Source: Candidatus Heimdallarchaeota archaeon
Lineage (GTDB): Archaea; Asgardarchaeota; Heimdallarchaeia; Heimdallarchaeales; Heimdallarchaeaceae
Length of the DNA: 64,000 nucleotides
Reading direction: 5' to 3'
NCBI GenBank assembly: GCA_030603365.1
Contig: JAUVXV010000005.1
Span: forward strand, 32,001-96,000
Shown: in pieces, positions 1-10,209 of the stretch
How the letters are laid out: each line of letters starts with the position of its first letter
Numbering within the stretch: the first letter of the stretch is position 1
Made by a program: the position numbers and the translations under genes
Notes under the pieces: generated by a model
What the model was told of the DNA's origin: nothing
Databases searched by the model: none
The model's input: the letters and a program-made list of their open reading frames with translations, nothing else

Positions 1-246
1 ATCAAGATATTCAATGAGTGATTTGAGCATCACATTGTATTCAAAACCACTATCAGATTCAATGTATTGGAATTTAGGAACCATTCCTCCAGCGTTAACA
101 TTGATAGTAATTGTATCATAGGTGATTGATACTTGTTTATTCTGTTCTTGATAACCAAGCACTTTAGCATCTGCTGAAACTTGTGTTAGAGTAAGCAACA
201 TCAGGACCATCATGCTCAAGCTTAAAATTTTTGCTTTGTTGTTCAT
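1..246 (-). CDS. Secreted protein, N-terminal part (runs off window start)
   Basis: Read manually from ATG at 246: MNNKAKILSLSMMVLMLLTLTQVSADAKVLGYQEQ...; open to position 1; signal-peptide-like N-terminus. Confidence 0.75.
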   Translation of the reverse strand, partial: MNNKAKILSLSMMVLMLLTLTQVSADAKVLGYQEQNKQVSITYDTITINVNAGGMVPKFQYIESDSGFEYNVMLKSLIEYLD

Positions 247-375
247 TTTTACACCAAGTTGTTGTTGTAATTGTTTTTTGAATACCTTCTTATTTAACTC
301 TATAAAGATTCTAACTTTAGAAAACTAAAGTGTGGATGAAGTAAAACAAATATATAATAGTAATAAAAAACTACT

Positions 376-1227
376 TTGCTGTCAATGACTGAGAACGATC
401 AATCTTATGCTGAGTTGAAAATATTCTCTAATAATATTAGAAGGGAGCTAATTAGGGTTATTGGAGAATCTGGATCACAATCTTTCAGCTCTATAAAGGA
501 TGAATTAAATCTAACAGATGGTCGTTTATACTTTCACCTTAAGAAAATCGAATTATACATAGAAAAAGATAGTCAGAATTTCTATAGATTGAATGATGAA
601 GGGAAAAGAATTTCCTATTTACTATTTCATGAAAAAGACTCTTTATTCACAGATAAAATAAAAGAAGAAGAGGAAGATAAATCCATTAGTTTCATAGATA
701 GGATAGCTCCTTCAGGAATTTTCTACTATTTCTTAGGAACAAAAACCAGAAGTTTAATTGAACTTAACATAATCCTGATAGTCATTTGTTGGCTTTTTGG
801 TTTAACAGAATCATATGGTCTTCTTACAAATAGTTTTAGACTAGAATCATTCTTTGGTGGAGGGGCATTAACCAATGCCTTATTCTCAATAGTTCACTGG
901 TATCTATACATCGGAATAATAGTTTTAATTCTCGTGATTTTGAAAGCCAAATTTGATTTTCTTGATTTAAGTATAGGTGTAATCATAGGCTCTATTCCTT
1001 ATCTATTGTTTTTGATACCTGTAGGGATTATGTTTCTAGTTGGAACAGTTATCCCTGATTGGGGACTAATACTCTTAAGAATAGTTTACGTCTTGTGTAA
1101 GATCTGGTCAACCATTCTTATCGCTCAAGCAATAACTATAGTCTCTAAACGTAAAAGTCATGAATCATTCATTATAGCTTCAATCTTAATATTCCTCGAT
1201 TACATCTACTTATTTGTACAAATATGA
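376..1227 (+). CDS. Winged-helix (ArsR-like) DNA-binding domain fused to a multi-pass membrane domain
   Basis: N-term SNNIRRELI...SFSSIKDELNLTDGRLYFHLKKI is wHTH-like; ~5 hydrophobic segments C-terminally; ATG at 385 is an alternative start. Confidence 0.7.
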   Translation: MLSMTENDQSYAELKIFSNNIRRELIRVIGESGSQSFSSIKDELNLTDGRLYFHLKKIELYIEKDSQNFYRLNDEGKRISYLLFHEKDSLFTDKIKEEEEDKSISFIDRIAPSGIFYYFLGTKTRSLIELNIILIVICWLFGLTESYGLLTNSFRLESFFGGGALTNALFSIVHWYLYIGIIVLILVILKAKFDFLDLSIGVIIGSIPYLLFLIPVGIMFLVGTVIPDWGLILLRIVYVLCKIWSTILIAQAITIVSKRKSHESFIIASILIFLDYIYLFVQI

Positions 1228-1293
1228 ACAAGTGAAATCCTAACTTCAGTAAACTAAATAAAAACGATAATAAAAAAGAATGAGAAATATAAT

Positions 1294-1962
1294 ATGGAAA
1301 GTGTGGAAATGGATAAACGGAATAAACTCAGTATAGTGTTAATCTCTTTCATATTAATCGGGGGATCTATTGCAATACCAATATTAGTCCGAGATTATGA
1401 GACAATAATAAACGATTTTATCAATTCTCCTATCTTTCCACCTCCTATATCTGAATTAGGTACATTAAACCTATATTATACCAGTGATTTCTCTGAAGAG
1501 AACCTTACTTTAATAGAACCTCTTGGGATAATTCTCAATGCAGATAATGACACAGAAACAATTTTGAGAATATGGATAAGTATTACTGAAATCACTTTAC
1601 TTGGTAAGAAAGCTGGCAACTCTCTATTTTTCACCAGTGACGATGTATTTGATGTTCTAGATGCTCTAAACGACACACAACTCCTCAAAACTGGAAATAT
1701 AACAGCTGCTGAATATGCTGGGATACAATTACATTTCAACACAACAATTTTAATTCAAACTGATGTAGATTTCTACACTTTTGAAATTCAAGGGAACAAT
1801 ATAATTGCACTCCCATTCAATATGTTCAATCAAGTTAATAGTACAACTGATTTAAACATTGTAAATGAAACTATAAATGATGTTCTTCTTGATTTCAATA
1901 TAGAAGTGTTATGGCAAAACAGTACTGCAAGAATCATAACAAAGGCTTATGTTCTAGAGTAG
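1294..1962 (+). CDS. Membrane-anchored extracellular protein, DUF4382-like
   Basis: N-terminal TM; motifs ITAAEYAGIQL and DVLLDFN resemble DUF4382; many N-x-S/T sequons. Confidence 0.5.
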   Translation: MESVEMDKRNKLSIVLISFILIGGSIAIPILVRDYETIINDFINSPIFPPPISELGTLNLYYTSDFSEENLTLIEPLGIILNADNDTETILRIWISITEITLLGKKAGNSLFFTSDDVFDVLDALNDTQLLKTGNITAAEYAGIQLHFNTTILIQTDVDFYTFEIQGNNIIALPFNMFNQVNSTTDLNIVNETINDVLLDFNIEVLWQNSTARIITKAYVLE

Positions 1963-2024
1963 TTTAATACCAGTTCAAAGAGTTAGCAAAAAAACTATAT
2001 AAGCCCTCTTTATTTTCAACACCT

Positions 2025-2861
2025 ATGACAATTAACTATACTGCTATTCTACCTCATGGTTTCAATCTTATAGAAAATATTTATCCTAATCAAGGTGAAA
2101 AATGGCAGAACCTGATTGAAGCAATGAATACTGTCGCTTCCGAGGTTTATTCTGCAGATCCAGAAGTAATAATTATTGCTTCTCCTCATAATCTTCGTAT
2201 TGATGGTCAAATCGGTATCATAACTTCAGAATGGCTAGAAGGAACTTGGTGGAATGATGAAAAGACTGACAAAGTCCATCTTAAACATAGATGTGATAGA
2301 GAATATGCTCAACTAATTTATGAGAGGTTAAAAAAAGAAAACATGCCAGTTGTAGCTGTTAATTATGGCGCTGCAGGTGGAGAGTATTCAGCAATGAAAA
2401 TGGATTGGGGTACTCTAATTCCTCTATGGTATATCAATAAAATCTATTCAGCTGAAAATCGAGAAATTCCTCCAGTTATCCTTATTACACCTTCTCGAGA
2501 AATACCTTGGAAGAACCTAGTTAACCTCGGTAGTATTTTGAACGGTTTATCTTTGAATAATGGTAAAAAAGTTGTATATATTGCAAGTTGTGATCATGGT
2601 CATGCTCATGATCCAGACGGTCCTTATGGATATCATCCTGCTTCCAAAGTTTTTGATGAACAGATTTGTGAGATGATTAAAAATAATAATTTGAGCAAAC
2701 TTATGGAACTCTCGGAAGAATTTATTGATCATGCTAAACCTGATAGTTTTTGGCAGATGCTCATTTTGCTGGGTATTCTAAATGTAACTGAATTGAAAAA
2801 CGATTTGTGTGTCTATGAATGTCCCGAATATTATGGTATGATAGTTGCTTCTTTTAAATAG
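2025..2861 (+). CDS. LigB/MEMO-like extradiol ring-cleavage dioxygenase family protein
   Basis: LPHG, IIIASPH, MDWGTLIPL, IASCDHGHAH, YYGMIVA motifs. Confidence 0.8.
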   Translation: MTINYTAILPHGFNLIENIYPNQGEKWQNLIEAMNTVASEVYSADPEVIIIASPHNLRIDGQIGIITSEWLEGTWWNDEKTDKVHLKHRCDREYAQLIYERLKKENMPVVAVNYGAAGGEYSAMKMDWGTLIPLWYINKIYSAENREIPPVILITPSREIPWKNLVNLGSILNGLSLNNGKKVVYIASCDHGHAHDPDGPYGYHPASKVFDEQICEMIKNNNLSKLMELSEEFIDHAKPDSFWQMLILLGILNVTELKNDLCVYECPEYYGMIVASFK

Positions 2862-2928
2862 ATAATCAGATAATCTTTAAAGGAAAGCTTTCTTTTTTTA
2901 TTCCAGTCATTATATGATGTGATACATA

Positions 2929-3675
2929 ATGAAAGACCAAATCGGTAAAGAATTCATGAAAAAAACTCAGTATAAATTTACATCACAATCAGATCAAAGT
3001 CAACATCATCCAAATCCACCTTTACAGATGGAATATGCTCACAAAATGAGAACATTTGATCTACCCAAACCTGAAGAAATTGAGGTTAAAGAATTAATAT
3101 TACGTAAGGCAATTGAAAACCGTAAGAGTGTAAGAAAATATTCTGATGAATCGTTTTCTTTAATGGAGTTAGCATGGCTACTATGGACAACTCAAGGAGT
3201 AAAAGAAGTTATGAAAGATAATTATGCAACTTTAAGAACAGTCCCTTCTGCAGGAGCAAGACATGCATTTGATACTTTCTTATTAATTAATAATGTTGAA
3301 GGTTTAGAGCCTGGTATTTACAGATACTTAGCACTTGAGCACAAGTTATTAGAATATATTATTGAGGATGGAATAGCTGACAAAATTGTTGAAGCATCTT
3401 ATGGACAAAAAATGGTTAAGAATAACGCTGTCACTTTCATCTGGGTAGTAGACATATACAGAATATTTTGGAGATATGTTGAAAGAGCTTATAGGTATAT
3501 TCATATCGATGCGGGGCATGTCTGTCAGAATCTTTATCTTGCTGCTGAAAACATTGGTGCTGGAGTTTGTGCAATTGCAGCCTTTCATGATGAAATTTTC
3601 TCTGAGGTTCTGAAATTAGATGGTGAAAACCATTTTGTTGTTTATTTAGCTTCTATTGGAAAGAAAAAGGATTAG
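2929..3675 (+). CDS. SagB/ThcOx-family nitroreductase-like FMN oxidoreductase
   Basis: RKSVRKY, RTVPSAGARH, DAGHVCQNLYLAAE motifs. Confidence 0.85.
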   Translation: MKDQIGKEFMKKTQYKFTSQSDQSQHHPNPPLQMEYAHKMRTFDLPKPEEIEVKELILRKAIENRKSVRKYSDESFSLMELAWLLWTTQGVKEVMKDNYATLRTVPSAGARHAFDTFLLINNVEGLEPGIYRYLALEHKLLEYIIEDGIADKIVEASYGQKMVKNNAVTFIWVVDIYRIFWRYVERAYRYIHIDAGHVCQNLYLAAENIGAGVCAIAAFHDEIFSEVLKLDGENHFVVYLASIGKKKD

Positions 3676-3757
3676 GAGAACCTCTATTCACTCTTCTTTT
3701 CCTGTTTTTCTACCAACATTTTTTAAATGAGTAATTAAGCTCATTTTTGGTTATCTC

Positions 3758-4636
3758 ATGGTTACTAAATATCCCCTCTTTATCTTATGTGGTAGAGATG
3801 AGAAAAAGCGGGAGTTAATAGAAATTCTTGATCCAAAAGAGAAATATGGTGTAAAATGTTTACTGCCAATATTAGGAAGGAGAGTTATTGATTGGCAGTT
3901 AGACGCTTTAAGAAAATCGCCTTATGTTGATGAAATTTATCTGTTGGGATTAACTGAAGAAATGGCGAAATTTGATTTTCCTGTTCATTATGTTCCAGTT
4001 CCTACAGTTTCAACATTTGCAGAAAAATTGTATGCTGGTTTACAGTATATACGTAAACAAGGTAAAAAAGATACAATTGTCTCTGTTTCTTCTTCAGATA
4101 CTCCAGGAATGACTGTGAAGGCGGTAAATCAATTCTATGAAGAAGCGGATAAGTACAGAGATTATGATTTTGTACAATCGGCTGTCACTGATGAAATAAC
4201 CAAGAAAACCTTTCCTGATCATAAACGAGTGATTATAAGGTTTAAGGATATACATGTTTACCCCGGTGAAATGTATTTGATGAGCGAACACGGGATTATT
4301 GAAGGTGCAAAACTCATTACTGAAGTTGGTGGTGGAAGAACTAAAATTAAGAAAAAGAATAGAGAAAAGAAAAACAGTCCTCTTATTCCCCTCCTTCGAA
4401 TTGTTCTAACAACTCCTAGAACATGGCCTTACATAATCAAATTCTTACTAGGCAGACTTACTATGGCTGGTGGAGAAAAATTTATTTCAATAATAAGTAA
4501 AGGTATGAAGATTAAGGCTGTAGTAGTTGATGATGCCAGTTTTGGAATGGATATGGATCTACCAGAAGATTATGATGTACTAAAGAAATATATGAGTAAA
4601 ATTAAAGATATTCCATACACTGAAGGGATTAATTAG
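3758..4636 (+). CDS. MobA-like NTP-transferase domain protein, paralog 1
   Basis: ILCGRD...KCLLPILGRRVIDW, SSDTPG, C-terminal DMDLPED. Confidence 0.7.
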   Translation: MVTKYPLFILCGRDEKKRELIEILDPKEKYGVKCLLPILGRRVIDWQLDALRKSPYVDEIYLLGLTEEMAKFDFPVHYVPVPTVSTFAEKLYAGLQYIRKQGKKDTIVSVSSSDTPGMTVKAVNQFYEEADKYRDYDFVQSAVTDEITKKTFPDHKRVIIRFKDIHVYPGEMYLMSEHGIIEGAKLITEVGGGRTKIKKKNREKKNSPLIPLLRIVLTTPRTWPYIIKFLLGRLTMAGGEKFISIISKGMKIKAVVVDDASFGMDMDLPEDYDVLKKYMSKIKDIPYTEGIN

Positions 4637-4697
4637 TACTCTATTTTTCTCTATTAGTTTCACTGTAAATGTTATATAGAACTACATTACTTAAATA

Positions 4698-5528
4698 TTG
4701 AATCTGATGAAATATCATGTTTTTCTACTCGCAGGAAGAGATTCAGAACGTCGCGAAATTATGAAAGTCTTAGATCCGAAGAAGAAATATAAAACCAAAG
4801 TTCTTCTCCCAATGTTTGACAAAACTGTTCTTGAATGGGTTGTTGAAGAATATCATAAATCCCCTTATGTTGAAAAAATCTGTATAGTAGGTTTAACAAA
4901 AGATGATATTCAATTTAATGTACCTGTCGAGTATATTCCAATTGATCCTTATACTCCTATATCTCAAAAATATCTTGCAGGGCTAAAGTATCTAGAAGAA
5001 AATAATTTACCAACTGATAAGATTATTTTTAGTAGCTCTGATTGCCCAGGTGTCAAGGTTGAAACCCTGAACTATTTTCTCAAAGAAATTGAATCAAAAG
5101 ATGGATTTGATTTTATACTTTCTGCCATTCCTCTTGAAGTAGTTGAAAAAGTTTTTCCTGATTCTAAAAGGGGTGTAGCAAGGCTAAAAGATATTAATTT
5201 AACCCAAGGTGAAATAGCATTATTTAGTGCATATGCAATAAGGAATCATGTAAAGACAGTCGATAACATAACTACAATTAGCAAAAAAAGAGGTTTCTGG
5301 CCTCTATTTTGGTATGTTGCTAGACGTCCGAAAGCATGGTCAAAACTTTTCAAAATTCTGATAAAACAAGGAACTCTAAACGATGCAATTATAGGATTTT
5401 CACGAGCTTTTAAGTTAAAATCTGATGTTGTGATTATCAATGATGCTGGATTGAGTTTGGATATGGATTTACCTGAGGATTACAATAAACTGAAAAACTA
5501 TGTGGAAAAGGTTAAAATTCAGAATTAA
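4698..5528 (+). CDS. MobA-like NTP-transferase domain protein, paralog 2
   Basis: LLAGRD...KVLLPMFDKTVLEW, SSDCPG, DMDLPED. Confidence 0.7.
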   Translation: MNLMKYHVFLLAGRDSERREIMKVLDPKKKYKTKVLLPMFDKTVLEWVVEEYHKSPYVEKICIVGLTKDDIQFNVPVEYIPIDPYTPISQKYLAGLKYLEENNLPTDKIIFSSSDCPGVKVETLNYFLKEIESKDGFDFILSAIPLEVVEKVFPDSKRGVARLKDINLTQGEIALFSAYAIRNHVKTVDNITTISKKRGFWPLFWYVARRPKAWSKLFKILIKQGTLNDAIIGFSRAFKLKSDVVIINDAGLSLDMDLPEDYNKLKNYVEKVKIQN

Positions 5529-5548
5529 GTAAGTTTAAGTGATAAATA

Positions 5549-6382
5549 ATGAATAAGCTCCCAATTTTTCTATTAGCTGGAAGAGATAAAGAAAGAAGAG
5601 AAATAATGGAAGTTCTTGATCCTGAAATGAAATACAAATCTAAATGTCAACTAGATATGTTAGGAAAACCCATAATACAATGGGTAATTGATGAACTTCA
5701 AAAATCTGAATATGTAGACCAGATTTATGTTCTTGGTTTAGAAGAAAAGGATCTTAAGCTGAGTGGTGATTTAGAGTATATTTCAGTGGATTATGATTCA
5801 GAAGTTTTTGACAAAATCAAAGCAGGATTTGATTACCTCAAGTCGAAAAACAAATTTAATGAAATGGCTGTGATTTGTGGATCTGATATCCCTGCAGTTA
5901 AAGTAGAGAGTATAGATGAGTTTCTCAAAGTGGCTTCTGAAAAACAACAATATGACTTTCTTTGGGGTGTTGTACCAATTGAAATTGCAGCTGCAGTGTT
6001 CCCTGACCATGGTAGAACAGTTGGATATTTCAAAGATCACAATCTTTTCCCTGGAGATATTTTTGCTTTAAATCATAGAGCTATACTAGTGGGTGAAGAT
6101 GTTATAAGGCAATTCTCTGATAATAGAAGAAAAAGATCATTTTGGACAAATGTTTGGTTTATTGCTAAACGACCAAGAACTTGGCCAAAACTTATTAAAA
6201 TCTTTCTTAAAACAGCTACAACACTTGACGGTATAAGAATTTTTGAAATTGCTTTCAGATGTAAAGCTGATATCGTAATTATAGAAGATCTTGGGTTTGG
6301 TTATGATATGGACCTACTTGTTGATTATGAAAGATTGACTAACTATGTAGCAAAAATAAAGAACGTTCCTCTAGATACTTAA
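5549..6382 (+). CDS. MobA-like NTP-transferase domain protein, paralog 3
   Basis: LLAGRD...KCQLDMLGKPIIQW, GSDIPA, DMDLLVD; GTGA-type RBS upstream. Confidence 0.7.
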   Translation: MNKLPIFLLAGRDKERREIMEVLDPEMKYKSKCQLDMLGKPIIQWVIDELQKSEYVDQIYVLGLEEKDLKLSGDLEYISVDYDSEVFDKIKAGFDYLKSKNKFNEMAVICGSDIPAVKVESIDEFLKVASEKQQYDFLWGVVPIEIAAAVFPDHGRTVGYFKDHNLFPGDIFALNHRAILVGEDVIRQFSDNRRKRSFWTNVWFIAKRPRTWPKLIKIFLKTATTLDGIRIFEIAFRCKADIVIIEDLGFGYDMDLLVDYERLTNYVAKIKNVPLDT

Positions 6383-7062
6383 TCCGTTATTGGGTCAATT
6401 TTGGACAATTCTTTCTTTTTTGGTTTGATGAAAGAGAATATTCCTAGAGTTACAGCAAGTACAAGAGCATATTTACACATAATACTTGGTATAGCTAGAC
6501 CAAATTTTAAAGGATCTATTAGAACCATGATATACATTGGTGTGAGAAAAGAAAGATAACCAAGTAAGATTATTAACCCTATTTTATTTTCAATCTTCTT
6601 GTTCCCTAAAATCATATGCCCTATAATGAAAAGAATGCTGTAAGCAATCATCCCTAAATAATAAATACCATAAATTGTTGAGATGTTATTTTCATAGGTG
6701 GCATATAGTGGATTACAGTTAGTCAGTACTACTGATTCTGAAACACTAAGAAAGTAAATTGATAAAGCTAGACCACCTGCGAACCCTATCCAATAATCAG
6801 GAAACTTCCATCCAACTACTCTTGTGCAAAGAAAATAACCTGTTGGAGGTAGAAAGGTAATTATAACAAAAGCTATCCTCCCAGTAATATTCTCACTTAT
6901 TCCCATACAGATTAAGAATTCCGATAATTGATAGAGTAGCAATAATGCTAATAATGAAACTGTTGACCAGAAAAACGAGTGTTTTCTGTTAAATATAATA
7001 ACAATGCCTAAGATTACTAATTCAATACAAAAGAAAATTAACGATAAAGTTCCAGGTAGCAC
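6379..7062 (-). CDS. Seven-TM integral membrane protein
   Basis: ~7 hydrophobic helices; YQLSEFLIC and SIMCKYA motifs; start uncertain. Confidence 0.65.
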   Translation of the reverse strand: MLPGTLSLIFFCIELVILGIVIIFNRKHSFFWSTVSLLALLLLYQLSEFLICMGISENITGRIAFVIITFLPPTGYFLCTRVVGWKFPDYWIGFAGGLALSIYFLSVSESVVLTNCNPLYATYENNISTIYGIYYLGMIAYSILFIIGHMILGNKKIENKIGLIILLGYLSFLTPMYIMVLIDPLKFGLAIPSIMCKYALVLAVTLGIFSFIKPKKKELSKIDPITD

Positions 7063-7189
7063 AGCAACCCCTTTTTTGTATATTATAATAAGCTTTCTGC
7101 TTCTCTATTCCTTTCTTGTTGGAATTGTTTCTATCTGTTCATGCAACAATTTTAATATGTGTTTATTTTCTAATCTGATGGTGTAAATT

Positions 7190-8044
7190 TTGTCTAAGAA
7201 ATATCCTGTTTTTCTAATGTCAGGAAGAGATAAAGACATTAGAAGAGAAATCATGCAACAATTAGATCCAGATGAGAAATACAAAGGTAAATGTTTACTC
7301 CCCTTACTAGGAAAACCTGTGATACAATGGGTTGTAGATGAGCTTGTTCAGTCAGAATATATTGAAGGAATTTACTCCTTAGGTGTTTCGAGAGAAGATA
7401 TTGATTTTGGAGATAAAGTAGAATATGTCCCCGTGGACTTCTTTGCTGACTTAAGTGAGAAATGGTTAGTAGGATACGAATATCTCAAGGATCAAGGAAA
7501 GGAATTTGACGATTATGTTATCTGTATGGCAGATACTCCTGGAATGACTATTGAAAAAATCGAGGAATTTTTTAAACAACTAACCCAAATGGAAGGATAT
7601 GATTTTATACTGTCTCTTGTTCCTTATGAGCTATCTAAAAAGTGGTTTCCTGATGCTGGAAGAGTTGTAGGAAATTTCAGAGATTATCAGATATTTCCAG
7701 GAGAAATGATGACTTATAGTCCCTATGCAATCGTAGAAGGAAAGAAGATATTTGATGATATAAGTCGCCTTAGAAGAAAAAGATCCTTTTGGGCTGTAGC
7801 TTGGTACGTTTTTAGAAATCCAAAAACTTGGCTCAAGATGCTGAAAATTGTTTTCAAACTAGCCAAATTAGATGATGCTGTTAGAGTTCTAGAGATTGCT
7901 TTTAACATGAAAATGGGTTACATCATTATTGAGGATCTTGGCTTTGGTTTAGATATGGATGTTCCACAGAATTATGAACAACTCAAAGAGTATATGCTAA
8001 AAACCAAACTATCAGGAAAAAATGTAAGTGAAAGTAAACTGTAA
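7190..8044 (+). CDS. MobA-like NTP-transferase domain protein, paralog 4
   Basis: LMSGRD...KCLLPLLGKPVIQW, MADTPG, DMDVPQN. Confidence 0.7.
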   Translation: MSKKYPVFLMSGRDKDIRREIMQQLDPDEKYKGKCLLPLLGKPVIQWVVDELVQSEYIEGIYSLGVSREDIDFGDKVEYVPVDFFADLSEKWLVGYEYLKDQGKEFDDYVICMADTPGMTIEKIEEFFKQLTQMEGYDFILSLVPYELSKKWFPDAGRVVGNFRDYQIFPGEMMTYSPYAIVEGKKIFDDISRLRRKRSFWAVAWYVFRNPKTWLKMLKIVFKLAKLDDAVRVLEIAFNMKMGYIIIEDLGFGLDMDVPQNYEQLKEYMLKTKLSGKNVSESKL

Positions 8045-8115
8045 AATGTGTGGTTCTACTCCTTGCATTACATGCGTAATATTCTTTTATAGGAAAATCT
8101 ATATGTATAGACACT

Positions 8116-9087
8116 ATGAATAAAAAAGGTAAATTTTTGACTTTATTTTTAATGGGGGTTTTAGTAACTTCTATTTTGTTTTCAGACTTATCTAAAGCCG
8201 TTATAGTATCGGATCAATTGGCTCTTGTTGAAGGAAGTTATGTTGATGGTAAAATACTATATACCAACAATACTCATGCAGATTTATTGATTGGGTATTC
8301 AACAATATTAGTTGAGAAGATATTTACACCATCAGATATACCAGATGAGATGGTACTAATCAAACATTCTTGGGATGCCGCAGTAGGACAAAATACAATT
8401 ATTACTTATTACGAAAACCAGCAAGAAATGGATTTAACTTATCTGGTGTTCTACGATAACAGAACTACTGTATTTCTAGGTGTAATGAGGTTTGCAAATG
8501 CATCAGTTTCAGTAGAAGTTAATGCTATGCAAGGCAGCACTTTTGAAGGTTTCTTGAACGTTAATAATACAGTTATAACTTATGGAAATGGAACAAGCTA
8601 TGTTTATGGAGATGTTCAACCTGCTGATCCTGCTTATGATGAAATTCAAAGTTTAATGTTTGGTTTTTATATTATTGGTTTTAGTCTTGGAGCGGATGAA
8701 TATGCATGGACACCCTTTGGAATATCGCCTTTAGCTAATGTGAATGACGATGTGCACTATTCTACAGGTTTAGGAAAAGTAATTGACAAACCAGCGGTTA
8801 TAACAACAAATGGAGATTCCTATGACGCAATACATGTTGAATATTATGATACTTCTTTAATTGGTTGGTGGGAAGCACCTGAAATGCATTGTTTCTATGA
8901 AGCAAGCACAGGTATATTACTAAAAGTCTATGAGACAGATGGTACAGAAACTTGGGATTTCTTACCTGGAGATGTTGTACTAGAACCTGCAACTTCACCA
9001 ACAGCTACACCATTTGGAACTACAAGTTTAATTATAGGGTTGATTGTTTTAGGTCTGATAACAGTTTTTGTTAAAAGAAGGAAATAA
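8116..9087 (+). CDS. Secreted surface protein with C-terminal PF-TM-basic anchor, paralog 1
   Basis: Signal peptide; ends PFGTTSLIIGLIVLGLITVFVKRRK; shares SDQL, KIFTP, VFYDNR, ISP.A, GDSYD, YEA..G with the next two ORFs. Confidence 0.8.
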   Translation: MNKKGKFLTLFLMGVLVTSILFSDLSKAVIVSDQLALVEGSYVDGKILYTNNTHADLLIGYSTILVEKIFTPSDIPDEMVLIKHSWDAAVGQNTIITYYENQQEMDLTYLVFYDNRTTVFLGVMRFANASVSVEVNAMQGSTFEGFLNVNNTVITYGNGTSYVYGDVQPADPAYDEIQSLMFGFYIIGFSLGADEYAWTPFGISPLANVNDDVHYSTGLGKVIDKPAVITTNGDSYDAIHVEYYDTSLIGWWEAPEMHCFYEASTGILLKVYETDGTETWDFLPGDVVLEPATSPTATPFGTTSLIIGLIVLGLITVFVKRRK

Positions 9088-9208
9088 TTGATTATTTCTT
9101 TCCAACTTTTTTCTATTATAAATGTGGTTTGAAAATCTTAGATATAGGAAACATTAGTTTTTTTAAGCACAAAATTCTTTAACCGGTAGCTCCTAAAGTT
9201 TAGTTACT

Positions 9209-10141
9209 ATGAAGAAAATAAAATTGACTTTTATGTTTGCTTTTGGAATCCTGTTAACATCTATACTATTTTCCAACGTATCCAATGCTATACTTGCTTC
9301 AGATCAGCTTGATGTAGGCGTTAACAGTTATGTAGAGGGAAAATTACTTGTGGAAACAAGTGTTGCTGGAGACGAGCTTATGGCATATGTGTCTATAGCG
9401 GTTACAAAGATTTTTACTCCAGCTGACATTTCTGATAAGATAATTCAATTTGAAGTAAAGATACGACCTGTTGTGGATTATTGGATCGGTTTCTTAGAAG
9501 ATCCTACTGAAATTTTCTTGACTTTTCTGGTCTTCTATGATAACAGAAGTACAATTATGCTTGGAGAATTAATAGTTGTAAATGGAACTGAACAAATAGA
9601 AATGACTGTTCTACATGAAACAACATTTGAAGGCATGATAAAACCAGACAGTAGAAAAATAACATTCGCAAACGGTACTACAGCTACAGCAGGATCATTA
9701 GAACTTGCAGATCCCATGTATATCTTACTTGAACAGTTTAGTGATCTTTCTAACGATTACTTATTCTGGCATAAATTCACTATGTTTGCAATATCTCCAA
9801 CAGCTGTTTTGGGAGATGATATAAGTTATGACCCTAACCTAGGTTTAGTTATTGGGACTCCAGCAGTTACTACTTCTGAAGGTGACTCTTATGACTCAAT
9901 CCTTGTTGAATACTATGAAACAGGACTTTTCAACAAATGGGGTGATGCTTATGAAGTTCATGCATATTACGAAGCTGCTTCTGGGTTCTTAATTCAGGTA
10001 TACGAACGATTTGATCAAGGAACATGGAAGTTCATTCCTAGTAAGGTAGACACAGTTGTTGCACCATTCCCAACTGCACCCGTAATTTTAGGTCTAGCGG
10101 TAATCGGTTTGATTGCATATTATTATCGTAAGAAGAAATAA
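9209..10141 (+). CDS. Secreted surface protein with C-terminal PF-TM-basic anchor, paralog 2
   Basis: Signal peptide; ends PFPTAPVILGLAVIGLIAYYYRKKK. Confidence 0.8.
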   Translation: MKKIKLTFMFAFGILLTSILFSNVSNAILASDQLDVGVNSYVEGKLLVETSVAGDELMAYVSIAVTKIFTPADISDKIIQFEVKIRPVVDYWIGFLEDPTEIFLTFLVFYDNRSTIMLGELIVVNGTEQIEMTVLHETTFEGMIKPDSRKITFANGTTATAGSLELADPMYILLEQFSDLSNDYLFWHKFTMFAISPTAVLGDDISYDPNLGLVIGTPAVTTSEGDSYDSILVEYYETGLFNKWGDAYEVHAYYEAASGFLIQVYERFDQGTWKFIPSKVDTVVAPFPTAPVILGLAVIGLIAYYYRKKK

Positions 10142-10209
10142 TCTCCTTCTTCGCATTCTTCTTTTTTTACACAAACTTCTTTTATTTGTAGAACATAATG
10201 TTAGGTACT

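Noticed and set aside
2929-3675. SagB-like dehydrogenase as part of a RiPP (azole) cluster
   Set aside because: No YcaO, precursor peptide or transporter nearby; stand-alone SagB-like nitroreductases are common
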